Below, piece after piece: positions 47,650 to 56,903 of a stretch of DNA of 64,000 bases (position 1 is its first letter; each line of letters opens with the position of its first letter). Origin of the DNA: a virus (Duplodnaviria > Caudoviricetes). The notes under the pieces are model-generated. The model saw only the letters and a list, made by a program, of their open reading frames with translations. It was not told where the DNA came from and ran no database searches. A program made the position numbers and the translations under genes. Location: IMG/VR virus record IMGVR_UViG_3300015370_000001, positions 1,104 to 65,103 of that record; one strand, given 5' to 3'.

Positions 47650-48070
47650 ACAGCACTAGTCGAATACCCGCCGGGGGCCGTTGAGAAGCGGCCCTTCCTA
47701 GTTCTGCCCGTCGATCCGTTGAAGTCGTCGTCACAGTCGTTGCCGTCACAGAGACGTACAGCGTTGTCCCATCCAACACGCCCCGAGTCCCATGCCCTGG
47801 CGCGGTCTTTGCAGTCGTTGTCGTCGCAGTCCTCGTCGAGCCATCTGCCACGCCCGATCCGACATCCACCGCCACGCTCCGAGGGGGTGCGCCGGGACCG
47901 CCGTGATCCCGCTGGCTTGCGGGGGTAGTGACATGACAGGGAACCGGATCGGGTCTCAGTTGTGGTATGCTCTCCATCGACAGGGCCACATCGGGACTGA
48001 TCCCCCGGTGACGCTGGACCACCTCCCGGCCGGCCCCTGTCATAACCTCGGGGTGGTGGAGGTGGAAGTC

Positions 48071-48433
48071 ATGGCAGATCAAAAAAAACACCTAGCCGAC
48101 GATGGCCGCGAGTGGACAACTGGAGCCCCAGAGGTTGGAGACGAGTGGCTGTATTGGGTGGCGAAAAAAGTCCACGACGTCGCGTTAGGGTCTCATTATT
48201 CCGTGTTCGCAATTGCGTACTGTTGGACATATGAGTCGGACAGAACGCCCCCGTTTTGGATGGTTGTAGAGATATTCGAATACCAAGAGCCGAGAGCGTA
48301 TCGAAGCTACTGGGATGAAGACTGGATTAAGACACCCGCCAGGAAAGATTATCCAGCTGGTGTTTGCGGCGAAAAGGCTGTTCAGTACTTTCTTGGCGAC
48401 GAAGAATATATCAAGGGAGCTTTCCGGGTGTGA
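48071..48433 (+). CDS. Hypothetical protein, AT-richer than the genome
   Basis: GGAGGTGG RBS; atypical codon usage. Confidence 0.6.
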   Translation: MADQKKHLADDGREWTTGAPEVGDEWLYWVAKKVHDVALGSHYSVFAIAYCWTYESDRTPPFWMVVEIFEYQEPRAYRSYWDEDWIKTPARKDYPAGVCGEKAVQYFLGDEEYIKGAFRV

Positions 48434-48507
48434 TACCCTGCTTGCGATGGTGACGCCCCGAAACCCCGGAGCGCCACCGGCCCGAACCTGACTGAGAGGA
48501 TCGAACC

Positions 48508-48822
48508 ATGCCGAAATCATACCTGTATCGAAAGAAACCCGTCGAAGTCGAAGCCTTCCAGATGACCCACGAGCGCCGCGTGGACAACCGCGACTGGCCC
48601 AACTGGCTCAACCTCGCGTGGCAGTTGGAGCGTGGCGAGCCCGGGTCGCTGTCACCCGCTATCCACGGCACAAGCGACGGAAGGCTGGTCATCATGACTC
48701 TCGAAGGTGAACACTTCGTCTCGTGGGACGACTTCATCATCCAGGGCGTCAAGGGTGAGTTGTACCCGTGCAAGCCCGACATCTTCGAGGCGACCTACGA
48801 GAAAGTGGAGGACTCCCCATGA
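48508..48822 (+). CDS. Conserved phage protein (YRKKPV…CKPDIF family)
   Basis: YRKKPVEVEAFQ…TLEG…DFIIQGVKGELYPCKPDIFEATYE. Confidence 0.85.
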   Translation: MPKSYLYRKKPVEVEAFQMTHERRVDNRDWPNWLNLAWQLERGEPGSLSPAIHGTSDGRLVIMTLEGEHFVSWDDFIIQGVKGELYPCKPDIFEATYEKVEDSP

Positions 48823-49484
48823 CCAGATTCTACTTCATTCTCGCGGCCCTCGCCGCGCTCCCCATGCTGCTCGGAGCGAGCTGCAACACCAACACCAACA
48901 CCACCGACACGCCCCCGCCCGCCCCGGAGTTCACCGCCGCCGACGTGGTAGCCGTGACCGCCTTTGCCTCACAGGGCGCCGCGCTGTCCCGCGAGCTGCT
49001 CATCCAGTCCGGCGACTTCGACGGCTGCATGGTCGCCAGCGGCTTCGTGGACGGGCTCGCCGCGGTCCACGGCTACGCCCCGGAGATCGAGGCCGAGGTG
49101 CTGGAGCCGGACGGGCGCATTACCTTCCCGGCGTGGAGCTTCGACGGCACCCCGTGCGAGTCCCTGTTGCCTGCAGACTGGCCCCCGGTCGAGCCGAGCC
49201 CGGAGATCGCCGCCATCGCACAGCCCATGATCGAGAGCACCCTCGGACTCGTGTCCATGCTCATCGAGCGCCAGGCCCCCACAGATGGTGAGGACTGCGT
49301 GAGATCCAAGGTCGCAGCGGCGCTACTCAAGACGGGCGCCACGCAGATACCAGCGGCCCTCGATGACGTGTGGCTGGACGCGGATCTCAAGATGGAGATC
49401 GGTGGCTTCGACGTGGACTACAGCGGATGCGAGGTGGACCCGCCGATGCTGGACACGATGAACCCGGTGCCGGGGCTCCAGTGA
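48819..49484 (+). CDS. Lipoprotein
   Basis: MTRFYFILAALAALPMLLGAS-C lipobox followed by an NTNTNTTDTPPPAP linker. Confidence 0.75.
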   Translation: MTRFYFILAALAALPMLLGASCNTNTNTTDTPPPAPEFTAADVVAVTAFASQGAALSRELLIQSGDFDGCMVASGFVDGLAAVHGYAPEIEAEVLEPDGRITFPAWSFDGTPCESLLPADWPPVEPSPEIAAIAQPMIESTLGLVSMLIERQAPTDGEDCVRSKVAAALLKTGATQIPAALDDVWLDADLKMEIGGFDVDYSGCEVDPPMLDTMNPVPGLQ

Positions 49485-49575
49485 CCCGCTACATCTACAC
49501 CAGCGAATGGTGGCTCGACCCCTACTGGCCGCTGTCCACGGCCGCGACGTACACCTCCCCCGCGTGGTGGACGGT

Positions 49576-49953
49576 GTGACCACCCGCCCCCACCATCGCG
49601 CGCGGACCCGTTGCGCCATCACCCTCCAGGCCAAGCTCCGATCCCTGTCGATCTGGGATAGCCGGTGGGACGGGGCCGTCGTCTTCCACTTGTGGGACCA
49701 GGCCGACGCCGCCAAGGTGGGCCGATCCGCTCCCGGCTACGCACTCCACGGTGACGGCTACTACCTCGCCCTCGGAGACGGACCACTGGAGGCGATCGGC
49801 CGGCGTGCACCCGCCGCACATCGATACGTCCGGGGGGCTCGTCGTCTCGCACGTCCCCGGCCCAGCTGGCCGACGCCCTCGCCGCTGGAGGTGATCCAGG
49901 CGCTGACGGGGATCGTGGGTTTGGCTGGCGGGATTCGGGGGCTGCTGAAATGA
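49576..49953 (+). CDS. Hypothetical protein
   Basis: Coupled ORF preceded by a 32-aa W/Y-rich ORF (49481-49579). Confidence 0.45.
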   Translation: MTTRPHHRARTRCAITLQAKLRSLSIWDSRWDGAVVFHLWDQADAAKVGRSAPGYALHGDGYYLALGDGPLEAIGRRAPAAHRYVRGARRLARPRPSWPTPSPLEVIQALTGIVGLAGGIRGLLK

Positions 49954-50240
49954 AGCTACCCTCCACGCTCGTCATTTGCGGACGCCCGTACTCCGTCGTC
50001 GAAGCCCCGATCCATGAGATAGGCAACGGCGATGGGTGCATCGGGTATGTGGACCCGCTGACCGAGACGATCACCATCTACGACAAGGCCCAGCCAATGA
50101 GGCAGTTAGAGGTGCTTCTGCACGAGACGCTCCATGTCCTCAGCGACGACCTGTGCCTCGGCATGGAGGAGGACGCCGTGCACGCGCTGGGCGTGGCCCT
50201 CGCCGACACGCTGACGAGAAACGGGATCGTGAAGCTATGA
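49950..50240 (+). CDS. Small HExxH metallopeptidase-like phage protein
   Basis: GYVD….ITI……LLHETLH……EEDAV..LG pattern. Confidence 0.75.
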   Translation: MKLPSTLVICGRPYSVVEAPIHEIGNGDGCIGYVDPLTETITIYDKAQPMRQLEVLLHETLHVLSDDLCLGMEEDAVHALGVALADTLTRNGIVKL

Positions 50241-50575
50241 TGGATGCACCCACAGGCCGGGTTTGCCGGCGTGATCAGATGATGAGCTGCAAGGTGTGCG
50301 GGGTCGTCATGTGGTACGACTTCGACGTCCCGGATGACCACTGGAAACGCATCGTCCCGGCTCACTTCCAGGCCCGCGTGATCTGCGCGGGGTGCTTCCA
50401 TCGGTTCGCTCTGGCTGGCGGAGTCAGCAGGTGGATACCAGACGAGGCGGAAGACCTCCGGGGGATGCTGTCCGGCCCCGTCGCCCAGTGTGAGTTTTGG
50501 CGCGGGCGGGCGCTAGCTGCTGAGTCCGTGGCGGAAGAGGCATGTAGACGATTGGAGGAATTGGAGAAGCCGTGA
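50237..50575 (+). CDS. Hypothetical protein with CxxC motifs
   Basis: CKVC…VPDDHW…VICAGCF. Confidence 0.65.
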   Translation: MMDAPTGRVCRRDQMMSCKVCGVVMWYDFDVPDDHWKRIVPAHFQARVICAGCFHRFALAGGVSRWIPDEAEDLRGMLSGPVAQCEFWRGRALAAESVAEEACRRLEELEKP

Positions 50576-50645
50576 CCGCGTGCTAGACTGCCAGCAACTC
50601 CTCGCCGGGATGAGGCGAGACCAACCCGAACCAGAGGAGTACCCC

Positions 50646-50864
50646 GTGAACAACATCAAAGTCGGACGCTACACCAACCCCGCCAACGTGGGCTATCAGG
50701 GGTGGATCGAACCAGAGGACAGATCCTGGATCGCCTTCATCGACCTCGACGGCCGCCCGAAGTTCTACCTCCACCGCGATGAGAAGGGCGGAGTGATCGA
50801 AGACTTCGACGACGACGGGCGATGCGCCGAGACCGGGACAGAGCCAGCCCCGCCGCGAGAGTAG
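50646..50864 (+). CDS. Hypothetical protein
   Basis: GAGGAG RBS before GTG50646. Confidence 0.55.
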   Translation: MNNIKVGRYTNPANVGYQGWIEPEDRSWIAFIDLDGRPKFYLHRDEKGGVIEDFDDDGRCAETGTEPAPPRE

Positions 50865-50964
50865 CCACACCCCCCGCCACAGACGATCCTAGCCCTCGCG
50901 CGCACCCAGGGGTATCCTGGCCACAGACGCCCCGCTGGAGGGCGCACAGCGCGTGGAGGCTCGT

Positions 50965-51153
50965 ATGGACTTCGTCAACCGAATCCTCTTCAAGGCTACC
51001 GGCCGCAAGGTCGTCGTGTTCGCTGCCGCCACGGGGCTGCTGTGCTTCGACTTCATCGGGAAGGAGGAGTGGATGTGGATCGCGCTGGGCGTGGCGGGGC
51101 TGACGACGCTGGACAAGTTCCCCGGCATCTTCAAGAGCAAGTCCGATGCGTGA
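50965..51153 (+). CDS. Putative holin (2 TM helices)
   Basis: 62 aa; RKVVVFAAATGLLCF and WMWIALGVAGLTTL; basic C-tail. Confidence 0.55.
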   Translation: MDFVNRILFKATGRKVVVFAAATGLLCFDFIGKEEWMWIALGVAGLTTLDKFPGIFKSKSDA

Positions 51154-51394
51154 CCTATGGGACTCCCTCATGGACGCCCTGTTCGGCGCCGCCACCCACC
51201 GCGAGCGGCAGCGGGCCGCCATGTACGCCAGGCAGACACTCGCCACGTGGGAGAGACACCGCGACGGAGACCCGCCGGAGGCCGCGGACTACATGGTCGA
51301 GGCCGCCCGCTGCGTGATCGACTGGTACGGGGACGCGGCACCGCAGCACACGAGGATCGCCCAGCTCGTGATGGAGGAGGTGGGCCGTGAGTAG
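51146..51394 (+). CDS. Hypothetical protein
   Basis: Coupled ORF. Confidence 0.55.
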   Translation: MRDLWDSLMDALFGAATHRERQRAAMYARQTLATWERHRDGDPPEAADYMVEAARCVIDWYGDAAPQHTRIAQLVMEEVGRE

Positions 51395-51501
51395 CTGGGC
51401 ACTCCCCGACTACGCCCCCCGCGAAGAGGATACCCTGTCAGACGCGATCCCCCGTGCCACGGCGACGCTCCGGGCGGCACGGCTACGACTGGAGGCGATC
51501 G

Positions 51502-52074
51502 ATGCCCGAGGACCACGACGACCACCTGGGGGCAGTTCAGAGCAGCGACCCGGCGGCACTTCGGGAGGCCTACGCGCGGCTGGCCCTGGAGCTGGACCGC
51601 GTGACCAGGGAGCGCTCGGCGATGGCCCAGCACGCGCAGGAGACGGCGGCCACGGTGGCGGCCCTGTCGCAGACGGTGGAGGCCGTCGAATTCAGTCAGG
51701 CGTCGATGGAGACGAGACTCGAGGAGCACGTCCAAGCCTGGGGAGCTTGGTCGGCCGATCTGTCCGCGAGCGTATCCGAGATCCGGGGGACGCTGTCCAC
51801 GGTATCGTACAGCCCGACGGCTACGGTATCGGTGCCTACTACGCCGCCGCCGCCATCGCCACCCACGGTGCCAGAGCCCATGTGGACCCATCACAAGTGG
51901 CCGCTGATTCTCCACGGGCGCAGCGGGCGTCAGCTTCCATGGCTGGTAGCGGGGATCTTCGGGGCCGCGCTGGTGCTGTGGCTCGCGGGGTCCATGGGCT
52001 GGCGCGCCGCGGACTTCAGGCGGGCGCAGCCGTCGGCCGTGGTCTCGCCGTCGCTGCAGGTGCCGGCGCCGTAG
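51502..52074 (+). CDS. Coiled-coil protein with C-terminal TM helix (possible lysis accessory)
   Basis: GGAGG RBS; heptad region, Pro-rich linker, WLVAGIFGAALVLWLAG. Confidence 0.6.
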   Translation: MPEDHDDHLGAVQSSDPAALREAYARLALELDRVTRERSAMAQHAQETAATVAALSQTVEAVEFSQASMETRLEEHVQAWGAWSADLSASVSEIRGTLSTVSYSPTATVSVPTTPPPPSPPTVPEPMWTHHKWPLILHGRSGRQLPWLVAGIFGAALVLWLAGSMGWRAADFRRAQPSAVVSPSLQVPAP

Positions 52075-52111
52075 CCTACGCGGTGGGGGCGATCCTGGGG
52101 TGCCTGGGGGG

Positions 52112-52582
52112 CTAGCCCATCCAGGCGAGCCCCTTCTCCCACCGGACCCTGTCAACGATCTCAGTGCTCGGCTGGTACGTCCCAGGTAGCCACCGCTGCG
52201 CTCGGTTCCCCGTCGTGTGTGGCCGCCCCTTCACCTTCGCAGCCTCACGCCACCCAGCCGCGCGGTAGCTCGTCCCAGTTTCGTCATGCCGTGTGTAGCT
52301 CACGAGGTAGGCACATCCGCGGCGTTGGGCCTCTTTCCATGCTGCCCCGAGGAGAAACGACGCGGCGTTCTTGTGGCCCCACGTGCACAGCCTCGTCACC
52401 TCCCACGCGCCGCGAGCCTGTAGCGTCGGAGCGGTTGGATTGCCGACGATGACGACACCGACAAGCCCATCGCCGTCGTAGGCCCCGATCCCGAACCGCC
52501 AGCCCACGAAGCCGTCAAAGGGGGAGTGCTGTTCCTTAATGGTCTCACGCGCGAGCCACTGATCGACGAAGCATGACTCCAT
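52112..52582 (-). CDS. Mom-like (XF1762-type, GNAT-fold) DNA base-modification protein
   Basis: LVGVVIVGNP.A…EVTRLCT…NAASFLLGAAW…LVSY…ETGTSYRAAGW is the Mom-family signature. Confidence 0.8.
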   Translation of the reverse strand: MESCFVDQWLARETIKEQHSPFDGFVGWRFGIGAYDGDGLVGVVIVGNPTAPTLQARGAWEVTRLCTWGHKNAASFLLGAAWKEAQRRGCAYLVSYTRHDETGTSYRAAGWREAAKVKGRPHTTGNRAQRWLPGTYQPSTEIVDRVRWEKGLAWMG

Positions 52583-52665
52583 CACTCCCCCCACCCCAGC
52601 CCGCACAGCAGGGCCACGGCGACCACGGCGATCACCAGGATCACGGGGCCGGCGGTGTCAGGCAT
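52582..52665 (-). CDS. 27-aa single-TM peptide (MPDTAGPVILVIAVVAVALLCGLGWGE)
   Basis: TGATG-coupled to the Mom-like gene; overlaps the upstream stop. Confidence 0.45.
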   Translation of the reverse strand: MPDTAGPVILVIAVVAVALLCGLGWGE

Positions 52666-53392
52666 GGGCGATCTCGTCCACGAACAGATCCACGGCGTCG
52701 CGTAGGTCGTCGGCGCACTCGCGTAGTTGCATCGCCTCGTCTTGGTGCACGCTGCCGATCTCTGCAGAGTCGGCGTCCCATCGTGCGGCGAGCGCGCGGA
52801 CGTTGGCGACCATTGCCCCTAACACCTCCACCTCCCCCCGCAGCCTCTCCACCTCAGCCTGCGCCGCCTCCCAGTTGTCACCGTGGGTGTCCTCCATCTC
52901 CCGGGCGTTGTCCCTCTCGATGCGGAGCCTGGCGATCTCGCGCTGATCATGGTGTCGCAATTGCTTCACCTCCATATGCCCAGCGGCCACGCAGTCAGCG
53001 CCTTCAGCGTATGGCGTCAGTGCCGCCGCGCTGGCCATGTAGCGGCTCTTGTGCGCGCAGTACGCATCTTCGGTGTGCGGCCCAACTCGCGGCGGGTACA
53101 TGAGCATCACGCCGCCCTTGGCTCCGGCGATCCATTCTTCGAGATCGTGGATCTTGGCGTTGGCCTCAGCCAGCGTCTCGCGCGCTTCCAGAAGTTGATT
53201 GATCTGCTCGTGCCTGTCGTCGTTGATCTCGTTGCGTTCCTTTCGCAACCGCGTGATGGTGTCCTGGTCCTGCTTCTGGATTTCCATCGATCCTTCGAGG
53301 ACACCTTCGAGCGCCAGCACGCGACCGCGGTAGAACTCCCGCTGAGACACGGGGTCACCGAGGACGCCCTTTCCCCACTTCATGTCACTCAT
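52658..53392 (-). CDS. Coiled-coil hypothetical protein (MSDMKWGK…)
   Basis: True start inside the long ORF 52658-54091; overlaps the stop of the previous gene. Confidence 0.6.
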   Translation of the reverse strand: MSDMKWGKGVLGDPVSQREFYRGRVLALEGVLEGSMEIQKQDQDTITRLRKERNEINDDRHEQINQLLEARETLAEANAKIHDLEEWIAGAKGGVMLMYPPRVGPHTEDAYCAHKSRYMASAAALTPYAEGADCVAAGHMEVKQLRHHDQREIARLRIERDNAREMEDTHGDNWEAAQAEVERLRGEVEVLGAMVANVRALAARWDADSAEIGSVHQDEAMQLRECADDLRDAVDLFVDEIAHA

Positions 53393-53963
53393 CCCCGTCC
53401 TCCCCTTCGTAGCAGCCACACACGCACTCGTTGGGCCTCTGGCCGCAGCAGCAGTCCGGCTCGATGGTGGCCTCGATGGTGCGGGCGTAGTCGACCAGCC
53501 GGGCGGCGACCGAGCACGACACGGCGTCGCCGTCAATGACGCACTCGTGTGCGCTCTGGCGGAACCGCTGGGCCATCGCTGCGAACCGTTCCACGGCGAG
53601 CTCGAACTCCCGCAACCTCTCCACCTCCCCCCGCAACCGCTCGATCTCAGCCGTCGCCGCCTCCCAGTTGTCGCCGTGGACGTCCTCCATCTCGCGGGCG
53701 TTGTCGCGCTCGATGCGGAGCCTGGCGATCGTAGCGCGGTAGGCGATCCCTTGCTCCAGCGCGCGAGCGAGCCTGTCCTTGAGGTTGTCCCACTCCACCT
53801 GGCGCTGTCGATCGGATGCGATCTGTTGCCAGTGGGCAAGGGCAAGGTCTCTGCGATCAATGGCATCCAGCGCCTCGGATCGCCACACCTTCGACGCCTT
53901 GTCTGGGCGGCGCATTTCACCGCCGAAGCTCCACCCATCCTCGATTGGTTTGAATTCAGCCAT
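53385..53963 (-). CDS. Coiled-coil hypothetical protein
   Basis: GGAG RBS; shares an internal segment with the previous gene. Confidence 0.6.
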   Translation of the reverse strand: MAEFKPIEDGWSFGGEMRRPDKASKVWRSEALDAIDRRDLALAHWQQIASDRQRQVEWDNLKDRLARALEQGIAYRATIARLRIERDNAREMEDVHGDNWEAATAEIERLRGEVERLREFELAVERFAAMAQRFRQSAHECVIDGDAVSCSVAARLVDYARTIEATIEPDCCCGQRPNECVCGCYEGEDGDE

Positions 53964-54327
53964 CGGAGTCCTCCAACGCCGCCCGCGCGTAGCACGGCAG
54001 ACACCACTCGGTCAGACAGTCGCCGGACTCGGCGCATGCGCGAAACGAGACGTGACCTGGCGCGCGTTCGCACGGCTGGTCTGCGATCCACTGGAGGTGC
54101 TTACGGAGCCTGGCACTTTCCTCCATCGCTTCGATCCGCTCCTCCACCGCGCGGTCGTGGGCCTGTTTCCATCCGGCGATCACGATCTCCGCCGTCGCCG
54201 CCGGCCCCACCGGGATCGTCCGGCGCCGCGGTGCCGACGCGATCGCCTCGTCCACGATCCGCGAGCACTCCGGGCAGCCGTCGTCGGTGATCGGCAGGCC
54301 GTGGCGGACGCATTTGTGGTCAGCCAT
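53956..54327 (-). CDS. Hypothetical protein with Cys motifs
   Basis: GGAGGAG RBS, TGATG coupling. Confidence 0.55.
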   Translation of the reverse strand: MADHKCVRHGLPITDDGCPECSRIVDEAIASAPRRRTIPVGPAATAEIVIAGWKQAHDRAVEERIEAMEESARLRKHLQWIADQPCERAPGHVSFRACAESGDCLTEWCLPCYARAALEDSDG

Positions 54328-54656
54328 CACTCCTCCAGGTCTCCGTGGGACTCGCAGGCTCGCATCGCCTCGCGGTGCCTCGCCCACGCTGCGACCCATT
54401 GGTCGTTGGTCATCGCATCGCCAAGCACGCCGGCGGACATCCCCAGCTCCCGCAGACGCTCACACCGCGCCTCCATCTCCAGCCAGCTGCGGGCGAGGCG
54501 GGGGAGGTCGTCGGGTTTGTCAGCTGGCGGGCGCTTCCACCGGCTGTGGTTGTCGCACAGGCTGCACTGGATGACAGCCCCGGTTTCCCACGTGCACGTT
54601 TCGCAGCACACCGCATCCAGCATCCCCTCGACCTCCTCGCGTGTCAGGTCCATCAC
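54327..54656 (-). CDS. Hypothetical protein (CETC…CSLC)
   Basis: Coupled ORF. Confidence 0.55.
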   Translation of the reverse strand: MMDLTREEVEGMLDAVCCETCTWETGAVIQCSLCDNHSRWKRPPADKPDDLPRLARSWLEMEARCERLRELGMSAGVLGDAMTNDQWVAAWARHREAMRACESHGDLEE

Positions 54657-54946
54657 AGGCCTCCCGGGTGGATGCCGAGCACCTCGCGCGCATGCTCCAT
54701 CGCGTCGCGCCAGTCGTGCCCGAGGTTACGGTTCTCCCACTCGCAATCGCTGCTGGCCATGAGGTCGAGTAGTGCGCGGCGTAGGGTGTCCCGCTCCCCC
54801 CGCACCCGCCGGACCTCGGCCTCCAGCAGCCCCACGGCCAGCACCAAGCGCGTCCGGGCATCGGTGCAAGCGTCGGCGCACGGGTTCCGCCCGAAGGACT
54901 CGGCGTACTCGTCAGCAGCGCGGATGATGTCGTGTCGGTGGGTCAT
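54653..54946 (-). CDS. Hypothetical protein
   Basis: GGAGG RBS. Confidence 0.55.
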   Translation of the reverse strand: MTHRHDIIRAADEYAESFGRNPCADACTDARTRLVLAVGLLEAEVRRVRGERDTLRRALLDLMASSDCEWENRNLGHDWRDAMEHAREVLGIHPGGL

Positions 54947-55200
54947 GGCGTAGCCTCCCAGTGATCGTGGTACTCGGCGTTCCGCAGGCAGTACCGGCAC
55001 GCGATGATGGATTCGCTGGAGTCCGATCCGAGATGCCGGCACAGATCGCACGACGGCGATACCAGGGACAGGAGGGCGGCGCGGGACTCCAGCCTATCGG
55101 ATGACGAAGATCCGCGGGCGTTCGTCACTAGCTCGGCGATAACCGCGTTCTCCAGCGCATCCACCGCCGCCTCGATCTCGTCTCGTGTCGTCACAGTCAC
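54943..55200 (-). CDS. Hypothetical protein with C-terminal CxxC pair
   Basis: AGGAGG RBS. Confidence 0.55.
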   Translation of the reverse strand: MTVTTRDEIEAAVDALENAVIAELVTNARGSSSSDRLESRAALLSLVSPSCDLCRHLGSDSSESIIACRYCLRNAEYHDHWEATP

Positions 55201-55318
55201 CTCCTAGCCCCCGGCCGACACCATGCCGGCCGGGAGCCGTGGGGCCGCGCGTCTCGTGTGATCGCGGCCGGGTTCGGCATCGCGTGTGGGTGCTGCCCAA
55301 CACGACGGCTGCCGCTGT

Positions 55319-55900
55319 TCATCTGTACTCCGGGATCTCGTGAGCGACGATGAGCGCGGCGGCGACGGCGGCGCCCCTGGACACACCGCGCACATCGTGG
55401 CCCGGGTTCAGCGCGTCGATCGTGTGGTACTCCTGGACCGCGTAGGAGTACTCGGGCTCGCGGCCTTCAAGGTAAAACACGACTGCGAAGGGCCACGCCT
55501 CCAACAGGATGTCCTCCAGGGCTCCGCGGGTGGGACCGTCGGATAGGTCTGGTAGGGCCGCGTTGGAGCTTGTCCACGAATACAACGGCCAACGCATCCC
55601 GCTGTCTTCGTCGTCGTCCCATTCCCGTTCTGGGTGTACGCCGTAGAACCCGCTCACCTCCCCGTCCGAAGGCACTCTCACCTTGCCAAGACCGAGGTGC
55701 GGCAACAGTTCTCCAACTGCATCCACTATTCCAGGAGCCGCCGCGCTTATCCCATCTACGTCATCCTTGGTGTACCTACTGAGTTCAGCGATTCGGATCA
55801 CGTCGCGTGGGAATTGCGTTTCATCACGGAAGGCCAGCATCCCCGCACGCCACCGCCCCGTCTCCGTCAGCCACCTGCCGATCCGCTGTGAGGGGGTCAT
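55319..55900 (-). CDS. Hypothetical protein
   Basis: ATGA-coupled; the C-terminal LPDLSDGPTRGALEDIL motif is typical of small phage genes. Confidence 0.55.
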   Translation of the reverse strand: MTPSQRIGRWLTETGRWRAGMLAFRDETQFPRDVIRIAELSRYTKDDVDGISAAAPGIVDAVGELLPHLGLGKVRVPSDGEVSGFYGVHPEREWDDDEDSGMRWPLYSWTSSNAALPDLSDGPTRGALEDILLEAWPFAVVFYLEGREPEYSYAVQEYHTIDALNPGHDVRGVSRGAAVAAALIVAHEIPEYR

Positions 55901-56388
55901 CGAACGCCCTTCCCAAACGCGCGACAACTGTCGCCGTGGCCGCGGTCCTTCGGCGCGTTGCAGAATAGGCAGAATGAGTGGTCGTCGTAAGCATCCCTGA
56001 CCCACTCGACCTCGTGGAGCAGGGAGGCATCACGAGACACCCCGCCGGCCCATGCCTCGTTGCGCTCTGTGCACAGCGAATGAAGCTCATCGGCGCGAGT
56101 CCTCAGCCGCACCACCTCCCCCTCCAGCTCCGCCACCCGCGCGGCCTGTGATTCGACGAGGGCGAGGAGGGCCGGGATGTCAGTGCGGGCGTGGGCGAAA
56201 AAAACGGCGTCGGGGCGTGAGCGGAATCCGGCTTCGACGTCGTCGCCCTGTACGCACATGACAACCAGGTCTCGCCCGTCTCTCGCCCGAATCCCGGTCA
56301 GCCTTCCACGTATGTCTATGTCGAGCGGGCCTGGCGTCGCAGCAGCCTCCCTCGCGCGGATCTCTTCGAGGTTCGGATCGGTGGTCAT
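55897..56388 (-). CDS. Ead-like phage early protein
   Basis: LEEIRAREAAATPGP…DAVFFAHARTDIPALLA..E.LR pattern; GGAGG RBS. Confidence 0.7.
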   Translation of the reverse strand: MTTDPNLEEIRAREAAATPGPLDIDIRGRLTGIRARDGRDLVVMCVQGDDVEAGFRSRPDAVFFAHARTDIPALLALVESQAARVAELEGEVVRLRTRADELHSLCTERNEAWAGGVSRDASLLHEVEWVRDAYDDHSFCLFCNAPKDRGHGDSCRAFGKGVR

Positions 56389-56631
56389 GTGGTCCTCCAC
56401 AAAAGATCCCCGCTCCGGCCAGCAGTGGGAATCGAAGACAACCACGAAAACGACTCAGACGCGTAGCCGGAGCGGGGAAACCTGAATTTCATTTGTGGTC
56501 CTCGTGGTTGTCATCGGCACCAAGCCTATCCCCCCAGCTCCAGCCCCGTCAACCGGAATTCCGCGATCGCTGTACGTCTCGCCAGTCTCGAATTATTTAC
56601 GTGCTATCGGAAAAAAAGCGAGGGTAGCCGC

Positions 56632-56675
56632 TTGCATTAACCACGGCCCCGTTGTATTCTTTACTCACCACGGAG
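56632..56675 (+). promoter_or_regulatory. Sigma70-type promoter of the rightward early operon
   Basis: TTGCAT-17 bp-TATTCT (56655-60), then CACCACGGAG; divergent from the leftward block. Confidence 0.7.
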
Positions 56676-56684
56676 GACGACGAC

Positions 56685-56861
56685 ATGAGCAAGCACTACA
56701 TCATCACACAGACCATCGGAACCAAGAGCCGCGACCTGTCCGGCCGCTACACCACGAAGGCGACCGCCGAGATGATGGCGCGAGTCGAGCGGAAAACGAA
56801 CCCCGCAGCCAAGGTCACAGTCTGGCGCGTGGACTCCAGCGGATACACGCTGGCCGCGTAA
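56685..56861 (+). CDS. Small basic hypothetical protein
   Basis: First gene after the promoter; GGAGG RBS. Confidence 0.65.
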   Translation: MSKHYIITQTIGTKSRDLSGRYTTKATAEMMARVERKTNPAAKVTVWRVDSSGYTLAA

Positions 56862-56903
56862 CCACCCACCGGCCCCCACGGGGGCACACGAACGGGAGAG
56901 ACC

